From the IMG/VR virus record IMGVR_UViG_3300036945_000814, positions 1 through 64,000 of that record: DNA of 64,000 nt; one strand, 5' to 3'. Shown piece by piece: positions 46,665 through 56,162 of the stretch (position 1 is the first letter of the stretch; each line of letters opens with the position of its first letter). The DNA is from a virus. Made by a program: the position numbers and the translations under genes. The notes below the pieces were generated by a model. The model was not told where the DNA came from, searched no databases, and saw nothing but the letters and a program-made list of their open reading frames with translations.

Positions 46665-49600
46665 ATGACCACACACGACACCATCGAAGACGCTTCCTTC
46701 GGTTTGCTGCTCAAGGCCGACATCGACGACGCCCTCGACGATCTCGAAAAGGCTTTCGGGTCGGAGCGGGCCGGCCACAAGTACAGCTCCCGCCGACGCA
46801 ACGCGAAAGGCGAGTGGGAGTACGAGTACGCCACCGACAAGACGAAGGCGCACGCGCAAATGGCGTTCACCTTCGCCGCGGCGCACGGCACCCCCGAGCA
46901 GCAGGATCGCGCCCTCGACGTGCTCAAGCGCGTCGAGCCGGACAGGTGGCCCGACCACGTCCACGCGGCCAACGTCGCGCACGAGGCCGCGGTCATCCAC
47001 GCGGCGAACGTCGCCCACGAAGCGGCCGCCCGACCCCTGCCACCATCGCCAGCGCACGAGCACAGCCCCCCGGCCGCCGCCGCGCCCCCTGCCGTCGTGA
47101 GGTTCACGCAGGGCGAGCCCAAGCCCGCCGTCGCCGCGGCCCGTGCGCTGGATGCCTCCCGTGCGAGCCTGATCCGCGCTGGCATCGGCCTGCGCGCCAA
47201 CGCAGAAGAGAAGACCCCTATCGAGGCCGTGGCCGGCCGCGCGGCCGCGCTTCGCAGCTCCGCCTCGTCGCTTTTCAATGAGTCGATCCGCATGGGCATC
47301 GTGAACGACGACCCGCGCACCGCGCGGAAGTTCACGGCCGAGGAACATCGGGCGCTGGCCGCCGCGCACACCGCCCTCTTCGACGAGTTCCGCGAGCTGT
47401 ACGCGCGCTCGATGACGATGCGCATTCGCCCGCCCTCCGGCATGACCGCCGCCGACGCCGATGCGCTCCGCTCCCAGCTCGAACGCGACTTCAAGGGGCA
47501 CGCCAAGCTCGCTCAAGCCCACAACGACGCCGCCAACGCGGCGTCGGGCAAGCCCGCACCCGCGGCCGCTGTGCCGCTCGTGGTCGCGCCTGTGGCGACT
47601 TCGGTCGCTCCGGCGCTGGACGCCGGCCCGGTGCAGCTCATGGACGCCGCCGCCCGCCTCATCGCCGAGCGTGCGAGCGGCGCGCCGCCGGCGTTCAAGG
47701 CCGTCGACAACAACCGCGTCACCATCGGTGGCGTCAAGATGATCGTGCAGGGTGGCTTCCTCGGCGACGCTCCCGCGCACCGCGCGTGGGCGGAGACGGC
47801 CGGCACGTTCTCGGCCGACGCGCAGCACTTCGACGGCGGCCGGGCCTACCGCGTCGCCACCGAGGCGGAGCGTGTGGCCGCCGTGGCGATGATCCCGCGT
47901 CTCCGCGGCTCCGTGAACGTCAACGCGCCCGCACCGGCCCCTGCCCCGGCGCCCGTCGTCGCCGAGCCCGTGCGCCCCGTCGACGACTTCACCGGCGCGT
48001 TCAGGGCGCTGAGTGACGGCAGCGGCGCCGAAGAGATCGTGACGCTCCCGTCGGGATCCAAGATCGGGCTGTCCTACGTCAGCGGACAGGCCAAGGCGCG
48101 CCCCGTCGGAGGCGGCATCGGCCGCAAATGGGATGCGACCGCGACGAAGCGCGCCCTCGCCGCCTTCGAGGCCAAGGTCGCCGCCCTCGGCCCCGCGTGG
48201 CACGCCGCCCACAACGCCATGTACGGCGTCGCCGCCGCCCCGACGCCGCTCGTGGTGGCGCCCGTGGAGACGGCCGCGCCGAAGCGCAAGCGCGCCAACA
48301 ACTTCGAGACGATGCCCGACGGCGACAGGCCCAACAACTTCGACACGATGCCCGAGGAGATCAAAGACCCGTCGCCGCGCGCCACAAAGATCCGAGAAAA
48401 CCGCGAAGCTCGCGAAGCCGAAGCCGCGTTGGAAGCCGGAGCCGAGCGACTGACGGGCGAAGAACGCCACGCCGCCCTGACCCGCATGGGCCAACACTTG
48501 CACGAGGTGCAGGACTTCCGGGCCGGCAAAGACGACACGGGCATGAGCGGCGCCGACATGCTGACGTGGCGCCGATCGACCACCGCACCCCGCAAGGCCA
48601 GCGTCCTCCGCAAGTACCGCCGCCAGCTCGTCGAGAGTTTCGGCGACCTCTACTTCAAGGCCGGGCTGCACGAGAAGGAGCCGATCCCCAAGGGGCACGT
48701 TCCTGCCGTCGGCGAATGGACCGAGCGCGGCGGGCTCGTCATCAAGGCCGACGGCTACCTCGGGACGAAGTTCAACGCATGGAAGAACCTGCTCAAAGAG
48801 CACGGCTTTCGCTGGAATGGATCACGCGGCGACGAAAGCGCCGACGGGATGCACGCAGAGAAGGCGGCGCTGCTCGACATCCCCGGCTTCATCGAGGCGG
48901 CGAACAAGATCGGGATCCATGTCGAGATCCCCGAGAAGCCCGAGGTCGCCCTCGATGCGCCAGCGGCGGCCAACGAGCCCGAGGCGCCCCTGCCCACGCC
49001 CGAGCGGCCGTCGGCGGATCGCCCGACGACCACCGAGGACACGCAGCGGGTCATCAACGCCATTCGCGCCAAGCAGGGCCAGCGCGGCACCGTCGCCGTC
49101 ACCGTGAAGCCCGACGGCAAGTTTGCTTTCTACGCCGTCGACTACCGCAAGACCGAGGTGCCCGGCTCGTTCAACCACATCATGTCGAACAAGAACGGGC
49201 AGATCACCGGGCTCATGGAGGTCGACTCCAAGGACGCTTTCTCGCGCACCACCTACGACGCCGCCCTCGTGACCGAGGCGCTTGGCAAGCTCCGCGACGC
49301 CAACCCGACCTTCCATTTCTACATCGACCCGAAGGCCGCCGCCGCCATCGACAAGGCCGGCGCCGACAAGGCCGCAGCCGAGAAGCCGATCCCAGAAGTC
49401 GAGGCCCTGCTTGCCGACGGCTTCGCGCTCAAGCCCTACCAGAACGCGATGGTGCGGTTCCTCGACAGCAACGACGGCAACGCCATCGTCGGCGACGAAA
49501 TGGGCCTTGGCAAGACGCTGCAATCGCTCGCGTGGGTGGCGAAGAACAACAAGAAGGCCATCGTCGTCGTCCCCAAGGTCGTGCGCCGCACTTGGATCGA

Positions 49601-50987
49601 AGAGGCGCACAAGTTTTTCCCCGGACACTTCAACGCGAAAGAGCTGCGATCCAAGGATCTGCTCACGAAGAAGAAGGCCAAGGCCGGCAAGGCCGACGCC
49701 GGCGGCCTCTCGTTCATCGACGAGCTGATGGCAACCGACAGCCCGATGGATCTCACGGGCAAGAACCTCGTGACGGTCAACTACGAGTCGCTTGAGAAGT
49801 TCATGCCCTACCTCAAGGCCGCCGGGTTCGACACGATCATCGTCGACGAATCGCACCGCGCGAAGAACCCGAAGGCGAAGACGACGCAGGTGATCCAAGC
49901 CATCGCGAAGACGATGAAGCATCGCATCCTCATGTCCGGCACCGCGGTCAAGAACGGCAAGGATGAGCTTTTCACGCAGCTCGAAATGGTGAAGCCCGGC
50001 CTGTGGGGCTCGGCGAAGGAGATCAAGTTTTCCACGCATGGCGCTGCGTGGAACAAGATGCGGGACCACTACCTCGCGCGATCCAAGAAGAACGTGCTCA
50101 AGGATCTCCCCGAGAAGACGACCACGATCAGCCTGCTCTACGCCCCCGGCGCGCCGGACATCGGCAAGATGAAAGAGCCGACGCCGCCACCGGCGAACGC
50201 CACCGCGAAGCAGATTGCGGCCTACGAAAAGGCCGCCGAAGAGTGGGAATCGTGGATGGAAGGGGCCGCCGACGGCGACGGCATCAACGAGGACATCGGC
50301 GATCTCATGGACGGCGGGTCGTCGATCGGCGAGTACAGCCGCGTCCGCGGCCAGCTCGCGCTGGCGAAGGTCGACGGCACCGTCGACATGGTGCAGGAGA
50401 TCCTTGATAGCTCCGACAGCAAGGTGCTCGTGTTCACCGAGTCGGTTGCCGCGGCGAAAGCCATCGCCGAAAAGCTCGGCAGCGAGGCGATCCTGCACTA
50501 CGGGCAGCAGAGCGACGACAAGCGCGAAGACGCGAAGAAGGAGTTTCAGCGCGAGGGATCCCCCAAGCGCGTGTTCGTCTCGACCCGCCCGTCGCTGGCC
50601 GTCGGCGCCACGCTCACGGCCGCCGACAAGGTCGTGTTCAACGACCTCCCGTGGACGGCCGCCGACGTGCGCCAAGCCGAGGACCGCGCGCACCGCGTGG
50701 GCCAGAAGAACGCCGTCAACGTCTACTGGAACGTCGCCGAGGACAACAAGTTCGACGAGAACGTCTCCGCCATCCTCCGCCGGAAGTACGACCTCTCGAA
50801 GAAGATCAACGAGGGGCAGCAGCTTTCGCCCGAAGAAAAGGCGTGGATGAGCAAGCCCGTCACCATGCGCGAAGTCATGGATCGCATCAAGGGCAAGCCC
50901 TCCGGCCCGCCCGAGCCCAAGATCGAAAAGAGCGCCAAGGCGCAGCTCCGCGACATGACCCGCGCGCTGATCAAAGCGGCAAGCTAG
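46665..50987 (+). CDS. large protein with C-terminal SNF2/SWI2 helicase-ATPase
   Basis: LKPYQ, GDEMGLGKT, NYE, DESH, MSGT, QAEDRAHRVGQ; ATG 46665 preferred because ATG 46656 overlaps the -10. Confidence 0.9.
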   Translation: MTTHDTIEDASFGLLLKADIDDALDDLEKAFGSERAGHKYSSRRRNAKGEWEYEYATDKTKAHAQMAFTFAAAHGTPEQQDRALDVLKRVEPDRWPDHVHAANVAHEAAVIHAANVAHEAAARPLPPSPAHEHSPPAAAAPPAVVRFTQGEPKPAVAAARALDASRASLIRAGIGLRANAEEKTPIEAVAGRAAALRSSASSLFNESIRMGIVNDDPRTARKFTAEEHRALAAAHTALFDEFRELYARSMTMRIRPPSGMTAADADALRSQLERDFKGHAKLAQAHNDAANAASGKPAPAAAVPLVVAPVATSVAPALDAGPVQLMDAAARLIAERASGAPPAFKAVDNNRVTIGGVKMIVQGGFLGDAPAHRAWAETAGTFSADAQHFDGGRAYRVATEAERVAAVAMIPRLRGSVNVNAPAPAPAPAPVVAEPVRPVDDFTGAFRALSDGSGAEEIVTLPSGSKIGLSYVSGQAKARPVGGGIGRKWDATATKRALAAFEAKVAALGPAWHAAHNAMYGVAAAPTPLVVAPVETAAPKRKRANNFETMPDGDRPNNFDTMPEEIKDPSPRATKIRENREAREAEAALEAGAERLTGEERHAALTRMGQHLHEVQDFRAGKDDTGMSGADMLTWRRSTTAPRKASVLRKYRRQLVESFGDLYFKAGLHEKEPIPKGHVPAVGEWTERGGLVIKADGYLGTKFNAWKNLLKEHGFRWNGSRGDESADGMHAEKAALLDIPGFIEAANKIGIHVEIPEKPEVALDAPAAANEPEAPLPTPERPSADRPTTTEDTQRVINAIRAKQGQRGTVAVTVKPDGKFAFYAVDYRKTEVPGSFNHIMSNKNGQITGLMEVDSKDAFSRTTYDAALVTEALGKLRDANPTFHFYIDPKAAAAIDKAGADKAAAEKPIPEVEALLADGFALKPYQNAMVRFLDSNDGNAIVGDEMGLGKTLQSLAWVAKNNKKAIVVVPKVVRRTWIEEAHKFFPGHFNAKELRSKDLLTKKKAKAGKADAGGLSFIDELMATDSPMDLTGKNLVTVNYESLEKFMPYLKAAGFDTIIVDESHRAKNPKAKTTQVIQAIAKTMKHRILMSGTAVKNGKDELFTQLEMVKPGLWGSAKEIKFSTHGAAWNKMRDHYLARSKKNVLKDLPEKTTTISLLYAPGAPDIGKMKEPTPPPANATAKQIAAYEKAAEEWESWMEGAADGDGINEDIGDLMDGGSSIGEYSRVRGQLALAKVDGTVDMVQEILDSSDSKVLVFTESVAAAKAIAEKLGSEAILHYGQQSDDKREDAKKEFQREGSPKRVFVSTRPSLAVGATLTAADKVVFNDLPWTAADVRQAEDRAHRVGQKNAVNVYWNVAEDNKFDENVSAILRRKYDLSKKINEGQQLSPEEKAWMSKPVTMREVMDRIKGKPSGPPEPKIEKSAKAQLRDMTRALIKAAS

Positions 50988-51017
50988 AGTAGATCCGTTC
51001 ACCCCCGAGGACCGCCC

Positions 51018-53276
51018 ATGAGCACCAACGAAGCCACCGCCCTCTTGAACGACTCGCCGCTGCTCAAGTCGGACGACGGCCACAAGTACGTCAAGCGTGA
51101 GGGGATGCCCGGCGCCTACAAGTACACCTACGCCGACGGCAGCACCGGCCACACCGAGCACAAGCCCACGTTTCAGCTCGGCGCCGCGGCGCATCAACAG
51201 GGCCTCTTCGGCGCCAGCTCCTACGAGAAGAAGCCGGCGAAGCCGAAGGCCCCCGATCCCTTGGCGCACCGGCAGGTCGATATGTTCGCGCCGAAGCCGG
51301 CAGCCGCCACAGCGCCCGCGCCCGCGCCCGCGCCCGAGCCCGCGTCGAAGTTTGACGAGGTCGTTTCAGCCGCCTACACGCAGCGCGCCCGCGAGGCCGG
51401 CGCTGCCTCGGCCCATGCTCGCGAAATGGATCAAGCCGGCTACCACGGAGGCATCAGCAACGCCCACAGGCACGCCGCTTCCGCGCATCGTCGAGCCGGC
51501 GAGGCCGCCATCGCCCTTGGTCACGGCGCCAACACCGCCATGCACGGCAAGCAGATGGCGCACCACGAGAAGCAGGCGGATCTCGACGACGACATCGCCG
51601 CACGCCACGCCGCAACGCGCAGCGGTGCCGCAAAGGAGGCTTCCGACCGCGTCATGGCTATCGCCGACAAGGCGAAGAAGACGACGATGGTCGACACGCC
51701 CGCGGGGCCGCGTGAGTCCACGCCGGGCGGGCTCAAATGGTACGGCGACAAGCCCCACAACCCGGAGGCGCTGGCCGCGGCGCGTGAGGCTTACGGCAGC
51801 GCCAAGTCCGAAGGCCGCAGCGACAAGCTGGCCCACAGCAAGGCGTCGAAGGCCGCGCAGAAGCACCTCGGCGGCGTCACCGGCGCGTGGGATCACGCGA
51901 CGCACGCTCAAGAGCTGCACGATCACGCGAACGGGAACCGGCACGAGATCCCCGGCGGCGCCGACCGCGCAGGGCCACCGCCCCGTGCGCCCGCGAAGAA
52001 GAAGTCCCCGAAGGCGCAGGCCACGCACGCGGCCAAGGTCGCCGACGCCGCTTCGGCGAAAGAAAACGCCGCCGATCACGCGCACGACATGGGATCCAAG
52101 GCGACCACCCTTTCCACGGCCGCCCACCGCCTTTCCAACGCCGGCGGCGACATGGGAAGCGCGAACCACCAAGCCGCGCACGAGGCGCACAAGGCCGCCG
52201 CCGCTGCCAACCGCGAGGCCGCCTCGGCGTTCCAGCAGCCGGGCGCCAGCGTGAGCATTGCAGGCAAGTCGTTCTCGTCGCTGCACGAGGAGCGCGCGAA
52301 GGCGCACGACGAGAAGGCCGGCGATCACTGGCGCGAGGCGGTCAAGGCGCGCTCCGACGAAGAGGGTGAGCCATTCAGCCAAGCCGCGACGCACAAGGTC
52401 GACGGCACGAAGAAGACGGATCTCGACAAGCTGCACGAAGGTGTGGCGGACCTCAAGCCATCCGCCATGCGCAGCGACGGGCACTTCACGCGGGCTGCCG
52501 ACAAGTTCAAGGCGCTGCGCGACCACATCCACGAGAAGGTCGGCGCCCATCCCGCGCACGCGCACGCGAGCAAGGCGTTCACCCTCGCCAACACCGCGGC
52601 GCAGTCGTCCGGCAGCTACGACGTCAAGACGCGCCGCGAGCACATGGAAGGCGCGCAGCAGCACGCGCAGAAAGCGATCGACGCGATGAAGGGCATGGGC
52701 AAGAGCATGGATCACGAGGTCGGAATCTCCCGCTTCCAAGACCGCTCCGCCGGCCGTCCCGCCGCCGGCGGCGTGTACGACGGGCTCGGCTCCGGCATGG
52801 TCGATCCCACCGTGGATCGCCCGCGCTACGCCGGCCGCGCCCCCAATCAGGTGATCGCCGTCGGCGTCGCTGGCGACAGCAACGACCGCAACACCTTCGC
52901 CTACCAGAAGGGCCGGCAGTCCGGCGCCACGTTGGATCTGGCGAAGTCGGCGATGATCGGCGCCGTCAAGGACGGCTACCGGATGCAGCTCATCGCCGTC
53001 GCCGACGCCAACCCCGTTGCCTCGCTCATCATGCGCGGCCGCGTGGAAGGCGAGCGCCCGATGGTGCCCGCCGAGCTGCGCAAGAGTGTGCAGCTTTCCG
53101 CGCCCGACCCCGACGCCGTCGTCGCCTTCGCCGCGGCTGCCCTCAAGGCTGCCAGCGACCGCAACCCGCAGCTTCGGGAAGGGCTCTCGCGCCTCGGCGT
53201 CTCCCGTGCCACCCTGTACGCGACCCTTGAGGCGCTGGCCCTCACACCGGCAGGGATGACCGCCGGCAACCGATAG
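51018..53276 (+). CDS. His/Ala-rich helical protein, probably virion-internal
   Basis: HxxAAxAH-type repeats; GHKY motif at the N-terminus; directly upstream of the portal. Confidence 0.7.
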   Translation: MSTNEATALLNDSPLLKSDDGHKYVKREGMPGAYKYTYADGSTGHTEHKPTFQLGAAAHQQGLFGASSYEKKPAKPKAPDPLAHRQVDMFAPKPAAATAPAPAPAPEPASKFDEVVSAAYTQRAREAGAASAHAREMDQAGYHGGISNAHRHAASAHRRAGEAAIALGHGANTAMHGKQMAHHEKQADLDDDIAARHAATRSGAAKEASDRVMAIADKAKKTTMVDTPAGPRESTPGGLKWYGDKPHNPEALAAAREAYGSAKSEGRSDKLAHSKASKAAQKHLGGVTGAWDHATHAQELHDHANGNRHEIPGGADRAGPPPRAPAKKKSPKAQATHAAKVADAASAKENAADHAHDMGSKATTLSTAAHRLSNAGGDMGSANHQAAHEAHKAAAAANREAASAFQQPGASVSIAGKSFSSLHEERAKAHDEKAGDHWREAVKARSDEEGEPFSQAATHKVDGTKKTDLDKLHEGVADLKPSAMRSDGHFTRAADKFKALRDHIHEKVGAHPAHAHASKAFTLANTAAQSSGSYDVKTRREHMEGAQQHAQKAIDAMKGMGKSMDHEVGISRFQDRSAGRPAAGGVYDGLGSGMVDPTVDRPRYAGRAPNQVIAVGVAGDSNDRNTFAYQKGRQSGATLDLAKSAMIGAVKDGYRMQLIAVADANPVASLIMRGRVEGERPMVPAELRKSVQLSAPDPDAVVAFAAAALKAASDRNPQLREGLSRLGVSRATLYATLEALALTPAGMTAGNR

Positions 53277-53284
53277 GAGCCCGC

Positions 53285-55045
53285 GTGGACCTCATCAAGC
53301 CCGAGCAGATCCGCGCCATGATGGCGACGGCCATCGAGTCAAAGCTCTCGCAGGCCGTGCATGACGCGACCGGCGAGGCCATCGAGCGGCTTGTCGAGGC
53401 GCAGATCCAAGATCAGCTCGCCCCGATGATGGGCGGGCTGCTCGCCAAGGGCAACGGCGGCGACCCCGGCCCGCGCCCCGGCCAGCTCTCGCAGACGACG
53501 GCCGCCGACCCCAAGGGCCTGCTCTACGATCCGTTCACGGCCCTCGACCAGATGGGCTTTCGCGAGCGCCCGAGCGCCATCACGTTCCGCACGCTCGGCG
53601 AAATGGCCCGGCGGGTGCCGCCGTTCTCGGCGTACCTGCAAACGCGGTTGAACCAGATGGCCGCCTTCTGCGAGCCGCAACCCGACGAGCACAGCGTCGG
53701 GTTCAAGTTTGTCCTCAAGGACAAGCAGGCGAACCTGTCGAAGAAGATGCAGCGCCGCAACGACGAGCTGACCCGGTGGCTCTCGGCGATGGGCGACCCC
53801 GAGCTGAACATCAAGCGCGACAAGTTTGGCGCGTGGATGCGCAAAAGCATGTGGGATTCCCTCGTCTACGATCAGATGACGACGGAGATCGTGCCCCGCA
53901 AAGATGGATCGGCGCCGTCGTACATCCGCGCGCTCGACGCCGCCACGATCCGTGTTTCCGACACGCTCGACGAGGTCGACTACATCGACGAGACGATCCA
54001 ATACGTTCAGATTTACGACGACACGATCATCGCGGAGTTCAAGGAACACGAAATGATCTTCGGGATCCGAAACCCGCGCAGCGACATTCGCTACAGCGGC
54101 TACGGAATGCCCGAGCTGGAAATGCTGATCAGCATCGTCACCGCGCTCCTTTGGGGCATCGACTACAATGCCAAGTTTTTCTCGCAGGGCTCGGTCGCGA
54201 AGGGCCTGCTCAACTTCAAGGGCGCCATCCCCGAGAAGGAGCTGATCGCGTTCCGCCGTCAGTGGTACTCGATGATCACCGGCGTGCAGAACGCTTGGCG
54301 CACTCCCGTCGTCAACGCGGAAGACGTGCAATGGCTCAACATGCAGTCGAGCAACCGCGACATGGAGTTTGCGGCTTGGATCGACTGGCTGCTCAAGGTG
54401 ACGTGCGCCGTCTGCCAGATCGCCCCCGAAGAGATCGGGTTTCAGTTTGGCAACGCGGGCCAGACCTCGACGATGTCGGAGGGCTCGCAGGCCGACAAGC
54501 TGGCGCAGAGCAGGGACAAGGGCCTCATCCCTCTCGCCAAGTTTGTCTGCGAACAGCTCAACGACAAGGTGATCGACAAGCTCGACAACCGCTTCCGGTT
54601 GGAGTTTGCCGGCGTGAACGCACGCACCGCCGAGGCGTTGATCGACTTGCAGACCAAAGAGGTCAAGACCGTCAAGACCGTCGACGAGGTCCGCAAAGAG
54701 CGCGGCGAAGATCCATTGCCCGACGGGCTCGGCGCCGTCATCCTCGACTCGGTGTGGTTGCAGTTCATGCAGGCGAAGAACGCCGAGAAGCAGCAACAGC
54801 AGCAGGCCGGAGGCGGCGACGGCTACGGCGCCCCGCCCGGCTCCCCGCAGATGGACGGCGCGCCCCCGTGGGAAGGCGACGGCACCGATCAGCAGGAGCA
54901 ACCGGACGATGCCGGCCAAGGCGGCGACGTTGACGCGGGAGGCGCACCGCCCGACGATGTGCAGAAGAGCGGACGCAGCGGCTTCGGCCTTTCGCCGGCC
55001 CAACAGCGCGCGCTCCGCACGTTGGATCTTGAGGTCGATCTGTGA
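53285..55045 (+). CDS. portal protein (SPO1/Twort-like)
   Basis: RNPRSD..GYGMPELE, YNAKFFSQG, FRRQW...NAW.TPV, DMEF..W, PEEIGF, DEVR..RG..P. Confidence 0.92.
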   Translation: MDLIKPEQIRAMMATAIESKLSQAVHDATGEAIERLVEAQIQDQLAPMMGGLLAKGNGGDPGPRPGQLSQTTAADPKGLLYDPFTALDQMGFRERPSAITFRTLGEMARRVPPFSAYLQTRLNQMAAFCEPQPDEHSVGFKFVLKDKQANLSKKMQRRNDELTRWLSAMGDPELNIKRDKFGAWMRKSMWDSLVYDQMTTEIVPRKDGSAPSYIRALDAATIRVSDTLDEVDYIDETIQYVQIYDDTIIAEFKEHEMIFGIRNPRSDIRYSGYGMPELEMLISIVTALLWGIDYNAKFFSQGSVAKGLLNFKGAIPEKELIAFRRQWYSMITGVQNAWRTPVVNAEDVQWLNMQSSNRDMEFAAWIDWLLKVTCAVCQIAPEEIGFQFGNAGQTSTMSEGSQADKLAQSRDKGLIPLAKFVCEQLNDKVIDKLDNRFRLEFAGVNARTAEALIDLQTKEVKTVKTVDEVRKERGEDPLPDGLGAVILDSVWLQFMQAKNAEKQQQQQAGGGDGYGAPPGSPQMDGAPPWEGDGTDQQEQPDDAGQGGDVDAGGAPPDDVQKSGRSGFGLSPAQQRALRTLDLEVDL

Positions 55046-55416
55046 AAGCTCTCCGCTCGCTCAAGCTCACCCTCACCGGCGACACCGACGCCGCCAAGCT
55101 CTTTGAGCAGGTCTTTGACCGGCAGGAGGACGTGGCGACGGTCGTCGCGTGGGAGAACAGCGGGATCCGCCGCGTAGCGGCCGCGGCCATCGGCGCCGCC
55201 ATCCCCTTCGGCGGCATCACCACCGCGTCGATGCTGCTCATCGCCAGCGACAAGGACATCGTCGTGCGCATCAACGGCGGCGCCGAGAACATCGCCGTGA
55301 AGAAGGCGACCGCTGGCCGCGGCGTCTTCTACCTTGAGGGCGCTGTCACCTCGGTCGTGATAGACAATCCCGGCACCGAAGACGCGACCATCGTGTACGC
55401 CCTCGCGGGCGTGTAG
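55042..55416 (+). CDS. small beta-rich hypothetical protein (structural?)
   Basis: GAGG SD, GTGA coupling. Confidence 0.7.
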   Translation: MKALRSLKLTLTGDTDAAKLFEQVFDRQEDVATVVAWENSGIRRVAAAAIGAAIPFGGITTASMLLIASDKDIVVRINGGAENIAVKKATAGRGVFYLEGAVTSVVIDNPGTEDATIVYALAGV

Positions 55417-55461
55417 CATCGGATCTCAACACTACGGGCGTGCCCCGAAGGAGAAGCAGCA

Positions 55462-55866
55462 ATGGCCTTGAAGACCACCCTCACCCCTGCCGAGCACGCC
55501 AACGTCGTGCAGGGGCTCACCCTCCCTCTCACCCTCTCCGGCAACGTCGCCGGCGCGATGTCGACCGGCACCAAGGGCCAGATGCTCTTGGATGGCCCCT
55601 CGGCCATCCGCAACATCCGCGCGCGTCTCGGCGTGTGCGGCACCGTCGGCGCCACCGTCGTCGAGGTCAAGAAGAACGGCGCCGTCGTCGCTTCCGTCTC
55701 GATCGACAACACGGCCGCCGACCCGACGCAGCTCGTGGGCCTCCCCACGTCCGATGCGCTGGCGAAGTGTGACGCGGGCGACCTCATCGAGATCGCCGTG
55801 TCGGCCATCGGCACCGGCTCGACGGACCTCGTCGCGACGGCCCACATCGACCGCCGCTTCGAGTGA
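55462..55866 (+). CDS. small beta-rich hypothetical protein (structural?)
   Basis: AAGGAG SD. Confidence 0.75.
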   Translation: MALKTTLTPAEHANVVQGLTLPLTLSGNVAGAMSTGTKGQMLLDGPSAIRNIRARLGVCGTVGATVVEVKKNGAVVASVSIDNTAADPTQLVGLPTSDALAKCDAGDLIEIAVSAIGTGSTDLVATAHIDRRFE

Positions 55867-56141
55867 GCGACCGCGGCGCCCCAAAGGCCCGCATTCGCGT
55901 CGAGCTTTCGCCCGGCGTCGTGGCAACGCACGATGTCCGGGCGAAGCTCGTTTCACAGGTGGCCGCACAGCTCGGCGTCGACCCGCACGCGGACTGCACG
56001 CACGGCGACCTCGAAAAGAGCGACAAGCCGGCGCCAAAGCTCCGGCACCGCGCCCCGCAAGAGGGCATCGAGCAGGCAGTCAGGCTCTATGAGGCCATGC
56101 TGCGCGCCATGATCGACGACATCGCCGCGGCCTTGAAGTAG
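55863..56141 (+). CDS. hypothetical protein
   Basis: GTGA coupling; contains LEKS. Confidence 0.6.
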   Translation: MSDRGAPKARIRVELSPGVVATHDVRAKLVSQVAAQLGVDPHADCTHGDLEKSDKPAPKLRHRAPQEGIEQAVRLYEAMLRAMIDDIAAALK

Positions 56142-56162
56142 CGTCGCGGAGGAGATTCCCCC

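Noticed and set aside
53252-53276. CCGATAG before the portal as another bipartite promoter
   Set aside because: No CGACAA box 12 nt upstream; the TAG is simply a stop codon
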